Source: Actinomycetota bacterium (GTDB taxonomy: Bacteria > Actinomycetota > Acidimicrobiia > IMCC26256 > PALSA-610). Taken from it: 64,000 bases of DNA. Under the pieces are notes generated by a model, which did not search any database, was not told where the DNA came from, and saw only the letters and a program-made list of their open reading frames with translations. A program made the translations under genes and the position numbers. The stretch lies in assembly GCA_003134555.1 (NCBI GenBank), contig PLBO01000116.1, forward strand, positions 29,950 to 93,949. The letters run 5' to 3'. Below, in pieces: positions 62,909 to 64,000 of this stretch (its first letter is position 1; each line of letters begins with the position of its first letter).

Positions 62909-64000
62909 TGTTTAGCCAGCAGCTCGTACGAGCGCACCCGGTTAACGTGATCGTGGGTCATGGTCGTGACGGCCAGCTCGTCGGCGCCGGTGACCTCCAC
63001 GATGCGGTCGAGCTGCTCGACCACCTGGGCCGGGGAGCCCACGACCTGCGTCCGGACTCGGTCGGAGACGAGCGAGTGCTCGTCCTCGGTCCAGGCGTGC
63101 GCTCTCGCGTCCTCGAGCCTGGGATAGGGATGGGCCCCGACGCCGGAGCGGATCCCGAGCACCCAGAGGCCGTAGCCGGCGGCGAGTTCTTGAGCCTGCT
63201 TCTCGTCCTCGCCCACCACCACATCCACCGAGACGCACACGTGCGGCCTCGACAGCTCGGCGCCCGGCCGGAACGCGGCGCGGTAGCCCTCGACCGCCTC
63301 GAGGATCGTGGCCGGGCTCACGTGGTAGTTGCCGGCGAACCGCAACGCGTGATGGCCCGCGACCTCGGCGCTCTCGCCCCCGCTGCTGCCCAATATCCAG
63401 ATCTGCACCGCCGCACCCTGGCCCGGGTGCACGCGGGCGCCGATGCCCTCTGCCGACCGGTACTCACCCCGCAGCAGGGCGAGGATGTCCCCGATCTGCT
63501 CGGTGTACCCGGGTGTGATCGCGTCGGGCTGCTGCAACAGCTCCCGGGCGACGCCGATGAGCGGCGAGTGGCGGAGGTAGCGGAGCGACGGCGGGGACGG
63601 CACGAGCACTCCCCCGACGATTTGATCGGGTGGCTTTGGCCGATCGGGCGGCTTCGGCCGTTTCGGTCGCTCGGCTGCCGGCTCCGCCGGCTCCTCGCAG
63701 GCCACCTCGGCGGGTCGGCGGCGGGGCGTCCCGAGCGTGCGGCCGAGGCCGAGGTCGAGCCGGCCGGGGAACACGGCGTCCAGGATGCCGAACTCCTCGA
63801 CCACCGAGAGGGGCGTCCGGTGGCCGAGTTGGACGCCGCCCGACCCGACCCGGATGGCCGTAGTGGCCCCAGCGACCAGACTGATCATGATCGCCGGGTC
63901 CGTGCCGGCGACGCCCGGGTTGAGGTGGTGCTCGGCGAACCAGTAGCGGTGGTAGCCGAGGCGCTCGGCCTGGCGGGCGAGGTCGATGGAATGGTGCACG
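62890..64000 (-). CDS. LLM-class flavin-dependent oxidoreductase (YhbW-like); the N-terminus lies beyond the window end
   Basis: ...SIDLARQAERLGYHRYWFAEHHLNPGVAG...GSGGVQLGHRTPLSVVEEFGILDAVFPGRLDLGLGR... About 35 N-terminal residues are expected upstream of the window. It contains an atypical Pro/Lys-rich insertion (see findings). Confidence 0.85.
   Translation of the reverse strand, partial: VHHSIDLARQAERLGYHRYWFAEHHLNPGVAGTDPAIMISLVAGATTAIRVGSGGVQLGHRTPLSVVEEFGILDAVFPGRLDLGLGRTLGTPRRRPAEVACEEPAEPAAERPKRPKPPDRPKPPDQIVGGVLVPSPPSLRYLRHSPLIGVARELLQQPDAITPGYTEQIGDILALLRGEYRSAEGIGARVHPGQGAAVQIWILGSSGGESAEVAGHHALRFAGNYHVSPATILEAVEGYRAAFRPGAELSRPHVCVSVDVVVGEDEKQAQELAAGYGLWVLGIRSGVGAHPYPRLEDARAHAWTEDEHSLVSDRVRTQVVGSPAQVVEQLDRIVEVTGADELAVTTMTHDHVNRVRSYELLAKQWDRWP

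Overview
The window is a high-GC (roughly 68-70%) chromosomal segment, most likely from an Actinomycetota genome. Supporting content includes F420/LLM and PPOX-type oxidoreductases, a mycothione-reductase-like enzyme, DinB/MDMPI-type proteins, a usfX-sigF-like operon, LigB and LigD-type ATP-dependent ligases, and metY-metX. I support about 73 protein-coding genes (two are partial at the window edges), 2 tRNAs (Pro-UGG, Gly-UCC), 2 probable gene remnants, several hairpin terminators and several palindromic operator candidates. Many long ORFs in the supplied track are Arg/Pro-rich shadow frames typical of high-GC DNA. I trimmed these to the part with a recognisable fold, or rejected them. I see no CRISPR array, rRNA, transposase, integrase or prophage. 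The best candidates for undescribed biology are: (1) a four-gene, translationally coupled operon at 24.6-27.0 kb, made of a CGSC-motif (UGSC-family-like) protein, a 350-aa unknown, an Nfu-like CxxC protein and a MarR regulator; (2) a 6.4-kb cluster that encodes a whole phosphatidate/diacylglycerol cycle, with a DAG-kinase-like protein, YihY, a Cls-type PLD, two PAP2 phosphatases and a eukaryote-type PLD; (3) a class III cyclase convergent with a glutaminase-STAS-cNMP-binding fusion; (4) a secreted HAF-repeat/PxKF protein next to tRNA-Gly, built from eight 135-bp tandem DNA repeats; (5) a compositionally atypical single-gene islet at 39.4-40.1 kb; (6) several long structured non-coding regions (14.9-15.2 kb, 5.7-5.9 kb, 42.6-42.95 kb) that I could not assign to a known RNA family. 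All functional calls come from my own reading of the translated sequence and motif recall. No database search was run.
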